Of a stretch of 26,267 bases of DNA, positions 17,299 to 24,749 are shown in pieces. The notes under the pieces are model-generated. The model did not search any database and was not told the origin of the DNA. It worked only from the letters and a program-made list of their open reading frames with translations. The stretch is from Chthoniobacteraceae bacterium (GTDB lineage Bacteria; Verrucomicrobiota; Verrucomicrobiia; Chthoniobacterales; Chthoniobacteraceae): assembly GCA_040081625.1 (NCBI GenBank), contig JBEBGD010000078.1, positions 1-26,267 on the forward strand. Reading direction: 5' to 3'. The position numbers and the translations under genes were made by a program. Positions within the stretch are counted from its first letter, which is position 1, and each line of letters begins with the position of its first letter.

Positions 17299-18348
17299 AT
17301 GAAAACCCTCCTCGCCTTCGTCCTCGCCCTCACGCCGTTCGTCGCCCAACCGGGCCTCGCGCAGTCGCCCGACCAGCTCGCCGAATTGCTCAAGCGCTTC
17401 CCCGCCGCCGATGCGAACAAGGACGGCACGCTCACGCTCGAGGAGGCGCGCGCCTACCGCGAGAAGAACCAGCGCGAGCGCCCAGCCAACCAGCGCGCCG
17501 AAGCCCCGAAGCCCACCAGCGCCGACGTCCACTACGGCGACCACGAGCGGCAGGTGCTCGACTTCTGGAAGGCCGAATCCGACAAGCCCACGCCCGTGCT
17601 CGTCTTCATCCACGGCGGCGGCTTCGTCGCGGGGAGCAAGGCCGGCGTCAGTCCCGCGGCCATCGCCGCCTGCCAGGCCGCGGGCGTTTCCTTCGCCAGC
17701 ATCAACTACCGCTACACCACCCAGGCCCCGTATCCCGCGCCCATGCTCGACGGCGCCCGCGCCATCCAGTTCCTCCGCACCAAGGCCGCCGACTGGAACA
17801 TCGACCCGAAACGCATCGGCGCCTTCGGCGGCTCGGCCGGCGCCGGCATCTCCATGTGGCTGGCCTTCCACGACGACCTCGCCCAGCCCGACAGCGCCGA
17901 CCCCGTCGCGCGGCAGTCCACCCGCCTGACCTGCGCGGGCTCGATCGGCGGGCAGTCGAGCTACGACCCGCTCCAGATCAAGGAATGGCTCGGCGGCCGC
18001 GCGTGGGAGCACCCGGCCTTCATCCCATTCTATGCGGTGAAGACGACGGACGAATACGGCAGGCCCGAGGTCCGCAAGCTGGCCTTCGACGCCTCGGTCA
18101 TCAATCACCTCACCAATGACGACGCACCCGTTTTCATGTTCTACAGCGAAGCCGACGAGCCGCTCACGGACAAAGGCGCCCCCGGCACCGGCATCCATCA
18201 CCCGAAGTTCGGCCACATCTTGAAGGAGAAGATGGACGCCCTCGGCATCGAGTCCGTCTATCGCCACGCCTCCGACGGCAAACAGCCGAACGGGATGGAT
18301 GCGATGACGCAGTGGCTCATCAAGCGACTGGCCGCGCCGGCCAGGTAG
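17299..18348 (+). CDS. Secreted alpha/beta hydrolase (HSL/BD-FAE-like esterase) with N-terminal EF-hand-like motif
   Basis: Signal peptide MKTLLAFVLAL..LA; DANKDGTLTLEE; IHGGGF oxyanion motif; SINYR; D.ARAIQFLR; GGSAG nucleophile elbow; C-terminal IHHP.FG. Confidence 0.9.
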   Translation: MKTLLAFVLALTPFVAQPGLAQSPDQLAELLKRFPAADANKDGTLTLEEARAYREKNQRERPANQRAEAPKPTSADVHYGDHERQVLDFWKAESDKPTPVLVFIHGGGFVAGSKAGVSPAAIAACQAAGVSFASINYRYTTQAPYPAPMLDGARAIQFLRTKAADWNIDPKRIGAFGGSAGAGISMWLAFHDDLAQPDSADPVARQSTRLTCAGSIGGQSSYDPLQIKEWLGGRAWEHPAFIPFYAVKTTDEYGRPEVRKLAFDASVINHLTNDDAPVFMFYSEADEPLTDKGAPGTGIHHPKFGHILKEKMDALGIESVYRHASDGKQPNGMDAMTQWLIKRLAAPAR

Positions 18349-18446
18349 GAAGCGCTGCAACCCGGCTCATGAGCCGCGGAGTGCCTCCTGCGTGCGCTCT
18401 CTCTCGATTCGGGGGCCGCGGACTCCTGCGATTTGCGAGGCGTGCC

Positions 18447-18474
18447 TTGACACCGCGCCCGTCGCTTCTAAAAT
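18447..18474 (+). promoter_or_regulatory. Sigma70 promoter of tRNA-Arg
   Basis: TTGACA (18447-18452), 16 nt spacer, TAAAAT (18469-18474), followed by a GC-rich discriminator (GCGCGCCC), 18 nt before the tRNA. Confidence 0.8.
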
Positions 18475-18492
18475 GCGCGCCCGCTTGGGAAA

Positions 18493-18569
18493 GCACTCGT
18501 AGCTCAATTGGATAGAGCATCTGACTACGGATCAGAAGGTTCCGCGTTCGACTCGCGGCGAGTGCACCA
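18493..18569 (+). tRNA. tRNA-Arg (anticodon ACG)
   Basis: Acceptor stem GCACTCG/CGAGTGC, D-arm GCTC-AATTGGATA-GAGC, anticodon arm TCTGA-CTACGGA-TCAGA, T-arm CCGCG-TTCGACT-CGCGG, encoded CCA end; 77 nt. Confidence 0.97.
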
Positions 18570-18635
18570 CTTCGCGCGCTGAATTGCGCTTTCCCTCTCG
18601 ACTTCGCGCGGCGCGTCCGCGTTCTTCTGCACGCC

Positions 18636-19685
18636 GTGGACACTCTCACCATCGCCGCTCTCAAACGTATCGCCGTCTCCGAAGGTCGCGCTGAGGGCGA
18701 AGTGCATGCGCAGATCGAAGGCTGCCATCGGAAGGAGACGCGCGACGGCAAGCCGTTCATCGAAGTCGCGTTTGCCGACGCGGAGGCGAAGTTCACGCTG
18801 CGCGCGTGGAGCGATGCGCCGGCGTTCAACACGTGCGAGCGGTTGCTCGGCGGCGAGTTCGTCGCGGTCGCGGGCGAGTTCTCGCACAGCGGGCAGTTCG
18901 GCCTCGATGCGAAGCGGTGGAGTCTGCGCCCGCTCTCCGACGACGAACGCGCCGCGCTGCTCGGCGGCCCGCCGGCGCTGCGCGAGCGGCAGGCGGCGGA
19001 CTTCGCGCACATCGAAAGCACGATCGGCTCACTCGCCGAACCGCGGCTGCGCGCGCTCGGGCAGCTTTTCCTCGCGGACTACGGTGAGCGTTTTCGCCGC
19101 GCAGCGGCCGCGCGCGGGAATCATCACGCACGCCGCGGCGGGCTGATCGAACACGTCGCGCAGATGATGCGGAGCGCCGAGGCGATCACGGGCGCGTATC
19201 CGCTGCTGCACCGCGATCTGCTGCTCGCCGGCGTGCTTTTCCACGACTGCGGGAAGATGTGGGAGAACGGGCTGCCCGCCGATGGATTCGCGATGCCTTT
19301 CGACGAACTCGGCGAGCTGCTCGGCCACATCACGATCGGGATCGAGCTCGTGAACGCGCTGTGGCGCAAGCTGCTCGCGACACCCGAGGCCGCGGCGTGG
19401 AAGGACCTCGCGCCGTCGAGCGAAGACGTGCGGCTGCACCTGCTGCACCTGCTCGCGGCGCACCACGGCGAGCTGCAGTTCGGATCGCCCGTGCCGCCGA
19501 AGACGCCCGAGGCGTGGGCGCTGCACTACGTGGACAATCTCGATGCAAAGCTCGAGATGCTCGCCGGCGCCTACGCGAACGCGAAGCCGATCGCCGCGCG
19601 CATCCGCGAGCGCACGTGGCCGCTTCCCGGCAATCCGGTGCTGCCACTGCGCAAGTTTACGCCCGAGCCGCCGGCAGACGCGTAG
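18636..19685 (+). CDS. yhaM: 3'-5' exoribonuclease YhaM/Cbf1 family (OB fold + HD domain)
   Basis: N-terminal OB-like TRDGKPFI.V.FAD....W; AAAR..HHA..GGL.EH; RDLLLAG.LFHDCGK; G.LLGHI.IG; L.H...AHHG.L.FGSPV.PKTPEA..LH..DNLDAK. Confidence 0.88.
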   Translation: MDTLTIAALKRIAVSEGRAEGEVHAQIEGCHRKETRDGKPFIEVAFADAEAKFTLRAWSDAPAFNTCERLLGGEFVAVAGEFSHSGQFGLDAKRWSLRPLSDDERAALLGGPPALRERQAADFAHIESTIGSLAEPRLRALGQLFLADYGERFRRAAAARGNHHARRGGLIEHVAQMMRSAEAITGAYPLLHRDLLLAGVLFHDCGKMWENGLPADGFAMPFDELGELLGHITIGIELVNALWRKLLATPEAAAWKDLAPSSEDVRLHLLHLLAAHHGELQFGSPVPPKTPEAWALHYVDNLDAKLEMLAGAYANAKPIAARIRERTWPLPGNPVLPLRKFTPEPPADA

Positions 19686-19748
19686 TTTCCGTCGCGAGGC
19701 GACGCTGGCTCCGTATCCGGCGGGCACTGCCGGGCGATGGAAGTCGAT

Positions 19749-20549
19749 TCAGGTCGCGCCGCCCGCCACCGCTTCGCGAAAGGACGGCCACTGCGGCGCC
19801 CAGCCGAGTGCGCGCAGCTTCGCATTGCTCACGCGCTTGCTCGTCACGCCGCGTTTGCGGTTCAGATCGACGGGTCCGGCAGGCGGAAGTGGACGCTGGA
19901 AATGGTCCGCCAGCCACGCGAAGACCTCGCGTTGCGTCAGCGGCGTGTCGTCGCACACATTGAAAATGCCCGCGGCATTTTCAGTCGCGAGCTGAACCAG
20001 CGCGGACGCGGCATCGTCGCGGTGGATCTGGTTCACCACGCGCCCGCCGTCGCCTTCGATCACCGCTTCGCCGGAGAAAAACTTTCGCAGCAACACCGAG
20101 CGCTCGGGCCCGTATATGCCCGCAAGCCGCGCGACGCATCCCCCGCTCGCGAGCACCAGCTCCTCCGCCTCGCGCAGCACGCGCCCCGGCTCGCGCTGCG
20201 GCTCGGAGGGCGACTCCTCCGTCACCACCGAGCCATCGTTCTGCGCATACATCGACGTGCTGCTCGTGAAAATCAGCCGCGCCGGGGCGAAGACGCTCGC
20301 GAGATTCCGCGCGCCATCGAGATACACCCGCTGGTATTCCGCGGCTCCGCCGCGGCGCGAACTCGCGCAATGCACCACCACGTCGCACGCCGGCAACCCG
20401 GCCAGGGTCGCGGCATCCGAGATGTCCGCGCACACCATGTCCGGCTGCGGCGAGTGCGTGACGCCGATGACTTCCCACCCGCGCGCCGCAAACAGCGTCG
20501 CCGCCGCCTGCCCGAGGTAACCGCATCCGGCGATCAGGACGCGACTCAC
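19749..20549 (-). CDS. NAD-dependent epimerase/dehydratase family protein (atypical SDR, YeeZ-like)
   Basis: VLIAGCGYLG, Y...Y..G..NL, FTSSTS.Y.Q.DG..V.E, L.EAE, RLAGIYGP.R, NQIHRDDAA, FNVCDD.P, KRVSN.KL..LGW. GTG start overlaps the upstream TGA. Confidence 0.88.
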   Translation of the reverse strand: MSRVLIAGCGYLGQAAATLFAARGWEVIGVTHSPQPDMVCADISDAATLAGLPACDVVVHCASSRRGGAAEYQRVYLDGARNLASVFAPARLIFTSSTSMYAQNDGSVVTEESPSEPQREPGRVLREAEELVLASGGCVARLAGIYGPERSVLLRKFFSGEAVIEGDGGRVVNQIHRDDAASALVQLATENAAGIFNVCDDTPLTQREVFAWLADHFQRPLPPAGPVDLNRKRGVTSKRVSNAKLRALGWAPQWPSFREAVAGGAT

Positions 20550-21478
20550 GGCAGCGGTTCGTGGCGCGCCGCGGTGAAGAGGCGATACCACTGCTCGCGC
20601 GTGAGCACGATCTCGCACGCCCGCACCGCCGCGCGGATGCGCTCCGGCCGCGCGCTGCCGACGATCGGCACGATCCCCGCCGGATGCCGCAGCAACCACG
20701 CGAGCGCGATGGCTTCGCGCGTCGCTCCGTGTGCGCGCGCGATTTCATCGAGCGCCACCACGAGTTCCGCCACGCGATAGTCCTTCTGGTGACCGAGGAT
20801 GTCCGAGGCGCCATCGGCGAGCAGCCCGCCGCCGAGCGGACTCCACGCGAGCGGCGCGACGTGCTGGCGCTGACACTGGTCGAGCGTGCCGTCGCTGAAT
20901 GGCGCGAGCTGGCAAAGGCTGATCTCGACCTGGTTCACGAGCAGCGGCTCGCGCCATGCCGATTGCAACAACTCGACCTGCGACGGTGCGAAGTTGCTCA
21001 CGCCGAACCAGCGCACCTTTCCCGCGCGATGCAGCCGGTCGAAGGCGCCCGCCACTTCCGCCGCATCCATGAGCCAGTCGGGCCGGTGAAGCTGATACAG
21101 ATCGATGCACTCGACACCGAGCCGCCGCAGCGACGCCTCGCACTGGCGCACGATGTAGTCGGCGGAGAAGTCGTAGCGATACGGCGCATCCGGCAGCGGA
21201 TCGCCGGGAAGCCGGATGCCGCACTTGCTGGCGATGACGATCTTCTCGCGCACGCCCGGCATCCCGCCGAGCACGCGCCCGAAGACTTCCTCCGCGCGGC
21301 CCGCGCAGTAAATGTCCGCGTGATCGAAAAGCGTGTAGCCCGCATCGAGCGCGGCTTCGATCGCGGCACGCGCCGTCGCGAGATCGGCAGCCGGATCATC
21401 CGCGCGCGCGATGCGCCAGCAGCCGTAGGCGAGACGGCTCGTGCGAAGATCGCTGCGGCCGAGAGGGAGAGTTTGCAT
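20546..21478 (-). CDS. Aldo/keto reductase (YdhF/YcsN-like)
   Basis: SRLAYGCWR, FDHADIY, EEVFG, SKCGI, SL.RL....IDLY.LHRPD, GKVR.FGVSNF, NQVEIS, AWSPLGGG, LAWLLRHP. Confidence 0.92.
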   Translation of the reverse strand: MQTLPLGRSDLRTSRLAYGCWRIARADDPAADLATARAAIEAALDAGYTLFDHADIYCAGRAEEVFGRVLGGMPGVREKIVIASKCGIRLPGDPLPDAPYRYDFSADYIVRQCEASLRRLGVECIDLYQLHRPDWLMDAAEVAGAFDRLHRAGKVRWFGVSNFAPSQVELLQSAWREPLLVNQVEISLCQLAPFSDGTLDQCQRQHVAPLAWSPLGGGLLADGASDILGHQKDYRVAELVVALDEIARAHGATREAIALAWLLRHPAGIVPIVGSARPERIRAAVRACEIVLTREQWYRLFTAARHEPLP

Positions 21479-21590
21479 GGGGGCAGGATGCACGTTGCAA
21501 GGCAGCGAATGGTCAATGCCGAACAGCGGATGGATGGAACACTGGCGAGCATTTCGCCGCCGCCTATGCTACACACGCCCCTCCATTTCC

Positions 21591-22706
21591 ATGACCGCGC
21601 CCATCGAACACTCCGATCCCATCAACGCGCAGATCCTCGCCGTGAGCGAGGACCAGATTAAAGGCTTCGTCCGCGAGCCCTTCGTCGAGATCGCGCAGAA
21701 ATCCGGCGTGCCGCTCGAAACCGTGCTCGCGCGCATCCGCGCGATGCTCGAGGCGGGCACTATTCGCCGCGTGCGGCAGACGCTCATGTCCACTCAGCTC
21801 GCCGACGGCGCGCTCGTCGCGTGGGTCGTGCCGGAGGAGAAGCTCAACTCTGCCTTCGACTGGATGTTTCAGCAGGACCCGTTCAGCGGCCACGTCGTCG
21901 TGCGATCGACGGATGCGCAGACACCCGGCTCGCAGTATCGGCTGTGGACGACGCTCAAAGTGCCGGTCGGCACGTCGATGGACGAGCACTGCCGCGTGCT
22001 CATGCGGCACACCGGTTGCGAGCGCTACAAGCTCATGCCGGCCAAAGGCATCTTCGCGCTCGGCGTGGGCCACGTGCGGCGCAAGACGATCGAACCCGGC
22101 GACCGGGCCGATGTGGCCGCGCAGATGATGAAAGTGCAAAACGTGGCGCTCAATGAACTCGAGTGGGACGTGCTGCTGGCGCTCAAGCGCGAGCTTGCAC
22201 CGGATGAAGTCCGCACCGGCCTGTGGGAGTCGCGCGCCATGGAAGCTGGCGTGGACACGGACACCTTCTGCCGCATGGCGGGCGAGCTGAATGCGCGCGG
22301 CGTCATCGGCCGCTTCTCGACCTTCCTCGAGCACGTGAAGCCGAGCCAGGGCGGCGAGCGGGTCACGCGCTTCAACGCGCTCTTTCACTGGGCCGTGCCG
22401 CCGGGTCGCGAAGTCGAGGCCGGTAGTGAAGTCGGCCGCCATCACATCATGACGCACGCCTACTGGCGGGAAGGCGGCGAGGAGTTCAAGAACGTGAACG
22501 TCATGGGCGTCGCGCACGGCACGGAGAAGGAGCGCGTGCTCACACACAAGCGCGCGATCGACGCGCACCTCGCCGAGGCAGGCATTCCCGTGGGTTACAC
22601 GAACGTCTTCTGGGGCGGGCGCAGCGAGATCAAGCCGAGCGAGATTTCGCCGAAGATTCACCGCCAGTGGATGGCGCGCTACGGCGCGGAGCCGGCAGCC
22701 GTTTAG
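21591..22706 (+). CDS. Double Lrp/AsnC-like protein resembling fused siroheme decarboxylase AhbA-AhbB (NirDL-type)
   Basis: Two wHTH+RAM-like repeats: REPF..IA...G......V..RI..M...G.IRR, LVAW.VPEE, GHVVVR, YRLW.TL; second repeat GVI.RF, NALF.W.VP, THAYWR, N...V.HG. Start ATG 21591. Confidence 0.7.
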   Translation: MTAPIEHSDPINAQILAVSEDQIKGFVREPFVEIAQKSGVPLETVLARIRAMLEAGTIRRVRQTLMSTQLADGALVAWVVPEEKLNSAFDWMFQQDPFSGHVVVRSTDAQTPGSQYRLWTTLKVPVGTSMDEHCRVLMRHTGCERYKLMPAKGIFALGVGHVRRKTIEPGDRADVAAQMMKVQNVALNELEWDVLLALKRELAPDEVRTGLWESRAMEAGVDTDTFCRMAGELNARGVIGRFSTFLEHVKPSQGGERVTRFNALFHWAVPPGREVEAGSEVGRHHIMTHAYWREGGEEFKNVNVMGVAHGTEKERVLTHKRAIDAHLAEAGIPVGYTNVFWGGRSEIKPSEISPKIHRQWMARYGAEPAAV

Positions 22707-22712
22707 CTTCCG

Positions 22713-23528
22713 ATGAATATCGCGCTCGCCTCGGATCACGCCGGGTTCGCTTACAAAAAGGCGATCGCCGAAATGCTGCGCGCCGCAGGGCACGAGGCGC
22801 GCGACTTCGGCGCGCACAGCGAGGAGCCGGTCGATTACCCGCTCTTCATCGCGCCCGCCGCGGAAGCCGTGGCTGCGGGCAGCTGCGACCGCGGCATCGT
22901 GGTCGGCGGCTCGGGCAACGGCGAGCAGATCGTCTCGAACAAAGTGCGCGGAATCCGCTGCGCGCTCTGCTGGAGCGTCGATACCGCGCGGCTCGCCCGT
23001 CACCACAACGACGCAAACATGATCTCGATCGGGCAGCGGACGGTGTCGATCGAGCTGGCGCTGGATATCGTGCGCACGTGGCTCGTCGAGGAATTCGACG
23101 GCGAACGCCACAGGCCGCGCGTGCAGGAGATCGCCGCGCTCGAATCGCGCGTCGCCGCAGGACCGATCGCCGGTTTCCCCGTGCATGAGAAGACGCTGCT
23201 CATCCGGCCGGAATACCTCAATCACCACGGCACCGTCTTCGGCGGCTACATGATGAAGTGGGCCGACGACATGGCCTTCAACTCCGCCACGCTCTCGCTG
23301 CCTGGCACTGCATTCGTCACCCGTTGCTTCGGTGCGTTCGACTTCACGAGCGCGGTGCGCTCGGGCGACATCATCAAGGTCTATGCGCGCGTCGAGAGCG
23401 TCGGCACGAGTTCGTGCAACGTCGCGGTGTGGTGCCTGGATGCGATGACCAGGGCGACGGTCTTCCGCACATCGGCGGTGATGGTGAACGTGGGGCCGGA
23501 CGGGAAGAAGGCGCCGATCCCGCGCTGA
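22713..23528 (+). CDS. rpiB: Ribose-5-phosphate isomerase B fused to a C-terminal hotdog-fold acyl-CoA thioesterase
   Basis: aa 1-144: IALASDHAG...K, DYP, GGSGNGE, NKV.GIR, AR.HNDAN, F.G.RH..R. From about aa 157: LNHHGTVFGG..MKWAD, F...V..GDII...A.V..VG.SS..V.V, V.V..DG. One uninterrupted ORF. Confidence 0.88.
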   Translation: MNIALASDHAGFAYKKAIAEMLRAAGHEARDFGAHSEEPVDYPLFIAPAAEAVAAGSCDRGIVVGGSGNGEQIVSNKVRGIRCALCWSVDTARLARHHNDANMISIGQRTVSIELALDIVRTWLVEEFDGERHRPRVQEIAALESRVAAGPIAGFPVHEKTLLIRPEYLNHHGTVFGGYMMKWADDMAFNSATLSLPGTAFVTRCFGAFDFTSAVRSGDIIKVYARVESVGTSSCNVAVWCLDAMTRATVFRTSAVMVNVGPDGKKAPIPR

Positions 23529-23573
23529 AATCCCGCTCGCCATCGGCGGCCAAAGGCGCATCGTTTCACCGCC

Positions 23574-24353
23574 ATGACTGCCAGTGAGACCAGCCCGCGC
23601 AAAGGCGCCCGGCGAATGTCGGAGATTCCGCCCGACATCCTCGCGCAGCTCAACCACGGCACGATCGAGTCGCGAACGCTGGTCGAGGGGCTTGCCATCG
23701 ACTTCGCCGCGCTGATGCGCGCGGTGGTGCCCGGTCTTCCGAAGCCGATCTCCGCGCAGATGCACGCCGCGCGCGGGATCGGCGTCACGCAGCGCATGGC
23801 GCTCGCCGGGCGGCTGCTGCTCGATCTTCTCGGCCCGCCGGGTTTCGTGATGCTCTCGCGGCATCGCTCGGACACGGCGCGCGGATGGGCGGCGTATCTG
23901 CTCGCGGCGTCGCCGGACTTTTCGCTCGGCGAGCAGCTTCAGTCGGTGCGCGTGCTGGCGAACGATCATCACATGGGCGTGCGCGAGTGCGCGTGGCTGG
24001 CGCTGCGTCCGCGGATCGCCGCGGAGATCGAGGTGGCGATCGAGCTGCTCGAGCCGTGGACGATTTCCGCATCGCCGTTTCAGCGCAGATTCGCCAGCGA
24101 GGCGACGCGGCCTCGCGGGGTGTGGTGCAGGAAGATCGACGCGCTCGTCGAGCATCCGCACCTCGGCCTGACCGTGCTCGAACCGCTCCGCGCCGACGCT
24201 CACAAATACGTGCAGGACAGCGTCGCGAACTGGCTCAACGACGCGGCGAAATCGAAGCCCGAATGGGTCCGCCGAACGTGCGCGCGCTGGCTGCGCGAAT
24301 CCCCCGGCGCAGCGACCGAGCGAATCTGCCGTCGCGCGATGCGCAGTCAGTAG
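23574..24353 (+). CDS. DNA alkylation repair protein (AlkD/YhaZ-like HEAT-repeat family)
   Basis: RKGA....IP...L..LN.G, A.D.H.GVRE.AW...R, RRFASEATRPRGVWC..I, LEPLRAD..KYVQDSVANWLNDA.K..P.WV. Confidence 0.85.
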   Translation: MTASETSPRKGARRMSEIPPDILAQLNHGTIESRTLVEGLAIDFAALMRAVVPGLPKPISAQMHAARGIGVTQRMALAGRLLLDLLGPPGFVMLSRHRSDTARGWAAYLLAASPDFSLGEQLQSVRVLANDHHMGVRECAWLALRPRIAAEIEVAIELLEPWTISASPFQRRFASEATRPRGVWCRKIDALVEHPHLGLTVLEPLRADAHKYVQDSVANWLNDAAKSKPEWVRRTCARWLRESPGAATERICRRAMRSQ

Positions 24354-24576
24354 CCGCGTCTCGCCGCAACGCCCCGCGCAGCGAAATCTCAACTGCCTCC
24401 GCCCTGCGCCGCAAACTGGGAACCCACGTGGCCGAACTGATGACGCTGCTCAGCGACCTCGACGATCTGCTGCTGCAGTTCGATGAAAGCGAAGCCATCC
24501 ACACCGTCCACGCTGCATGGATGAAGGCGCGCAACATCATCGCCGCCGGCCACGGCCCTCCCCCCGCGCGCCATGA
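24354..24576 (+). pseudogene. Probable 3' remnant of a helical hypothetical protein gene
   Basis: Coding-like high-GC3 stretch (NAPRSEISTASALRRKLGTHVAELMTLLSDLDDLLLQFDESEAIHTVHAAWMKARNIIAAGHGP) with no convincing 5' part and no in-frame stop before it runs into hom. Confidence 0.4.
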
Positions 24577-24749
24577 GGGCAAGCGCGGTCTTTCCCATCA
24601 GGAGCCGTTTCGGTTGCAGGCTATAGCCATCCCCGCTGAGCTACGCCAATGCCGCACCCACGTTCGAGGACTATGTGTTGCGCCTCGACAGGTTGTCCGC
24701 AGATATAGATACTCTGGAGATGGGCTGCGAGGAGTATTCCCACGGGCTG

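Noticed and set aside
14099..17302. 1067-aa plus-strand ORF, and similar long ORFs at 3149..5002, 8092..10746, 9396..12059 and 21564..24392
   Set aside because: These are antisense or off-frame shadows of well-supported genes. They are Arg/Ala/His-rich with no motifs, as expected in high-GC DNA with few stop codons.
18363..18376. Perfect 14-bp palindrome CGGCTCATGAGCCG downstream of the esterase
   Set aside because: It occurs once, has no loop or U-tract, and no regulator can be tied to it, so it cannot be called a terminator or operator.
18493..18635. tRNA-Arg as an integration site; 10-bp direct repeat ACTTCGCGCG at 18569 and 18601
   Set aside because: There is no integrase, no duplicated tRNA 3' end that I could find, and no composition shift downstream. 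The repeat is too short and GC-rich to be meaningful.
19686..19748. Small hairpins between convergent yhaM and the epimerase gene
   Set aside because: The stems are 6-7 bp in GC-rich DNA with no convincing U-tract, which is not enough to call a terminator.
21505..21532. Degenerate heptamer run gcgaatg gtcaatg ccgaaca gcggatg; also 9-mer-like GCGATT repeats at 6530-6556
   Set aside because: Too degenerate and short to distinguish from chance without genome-wide counts.
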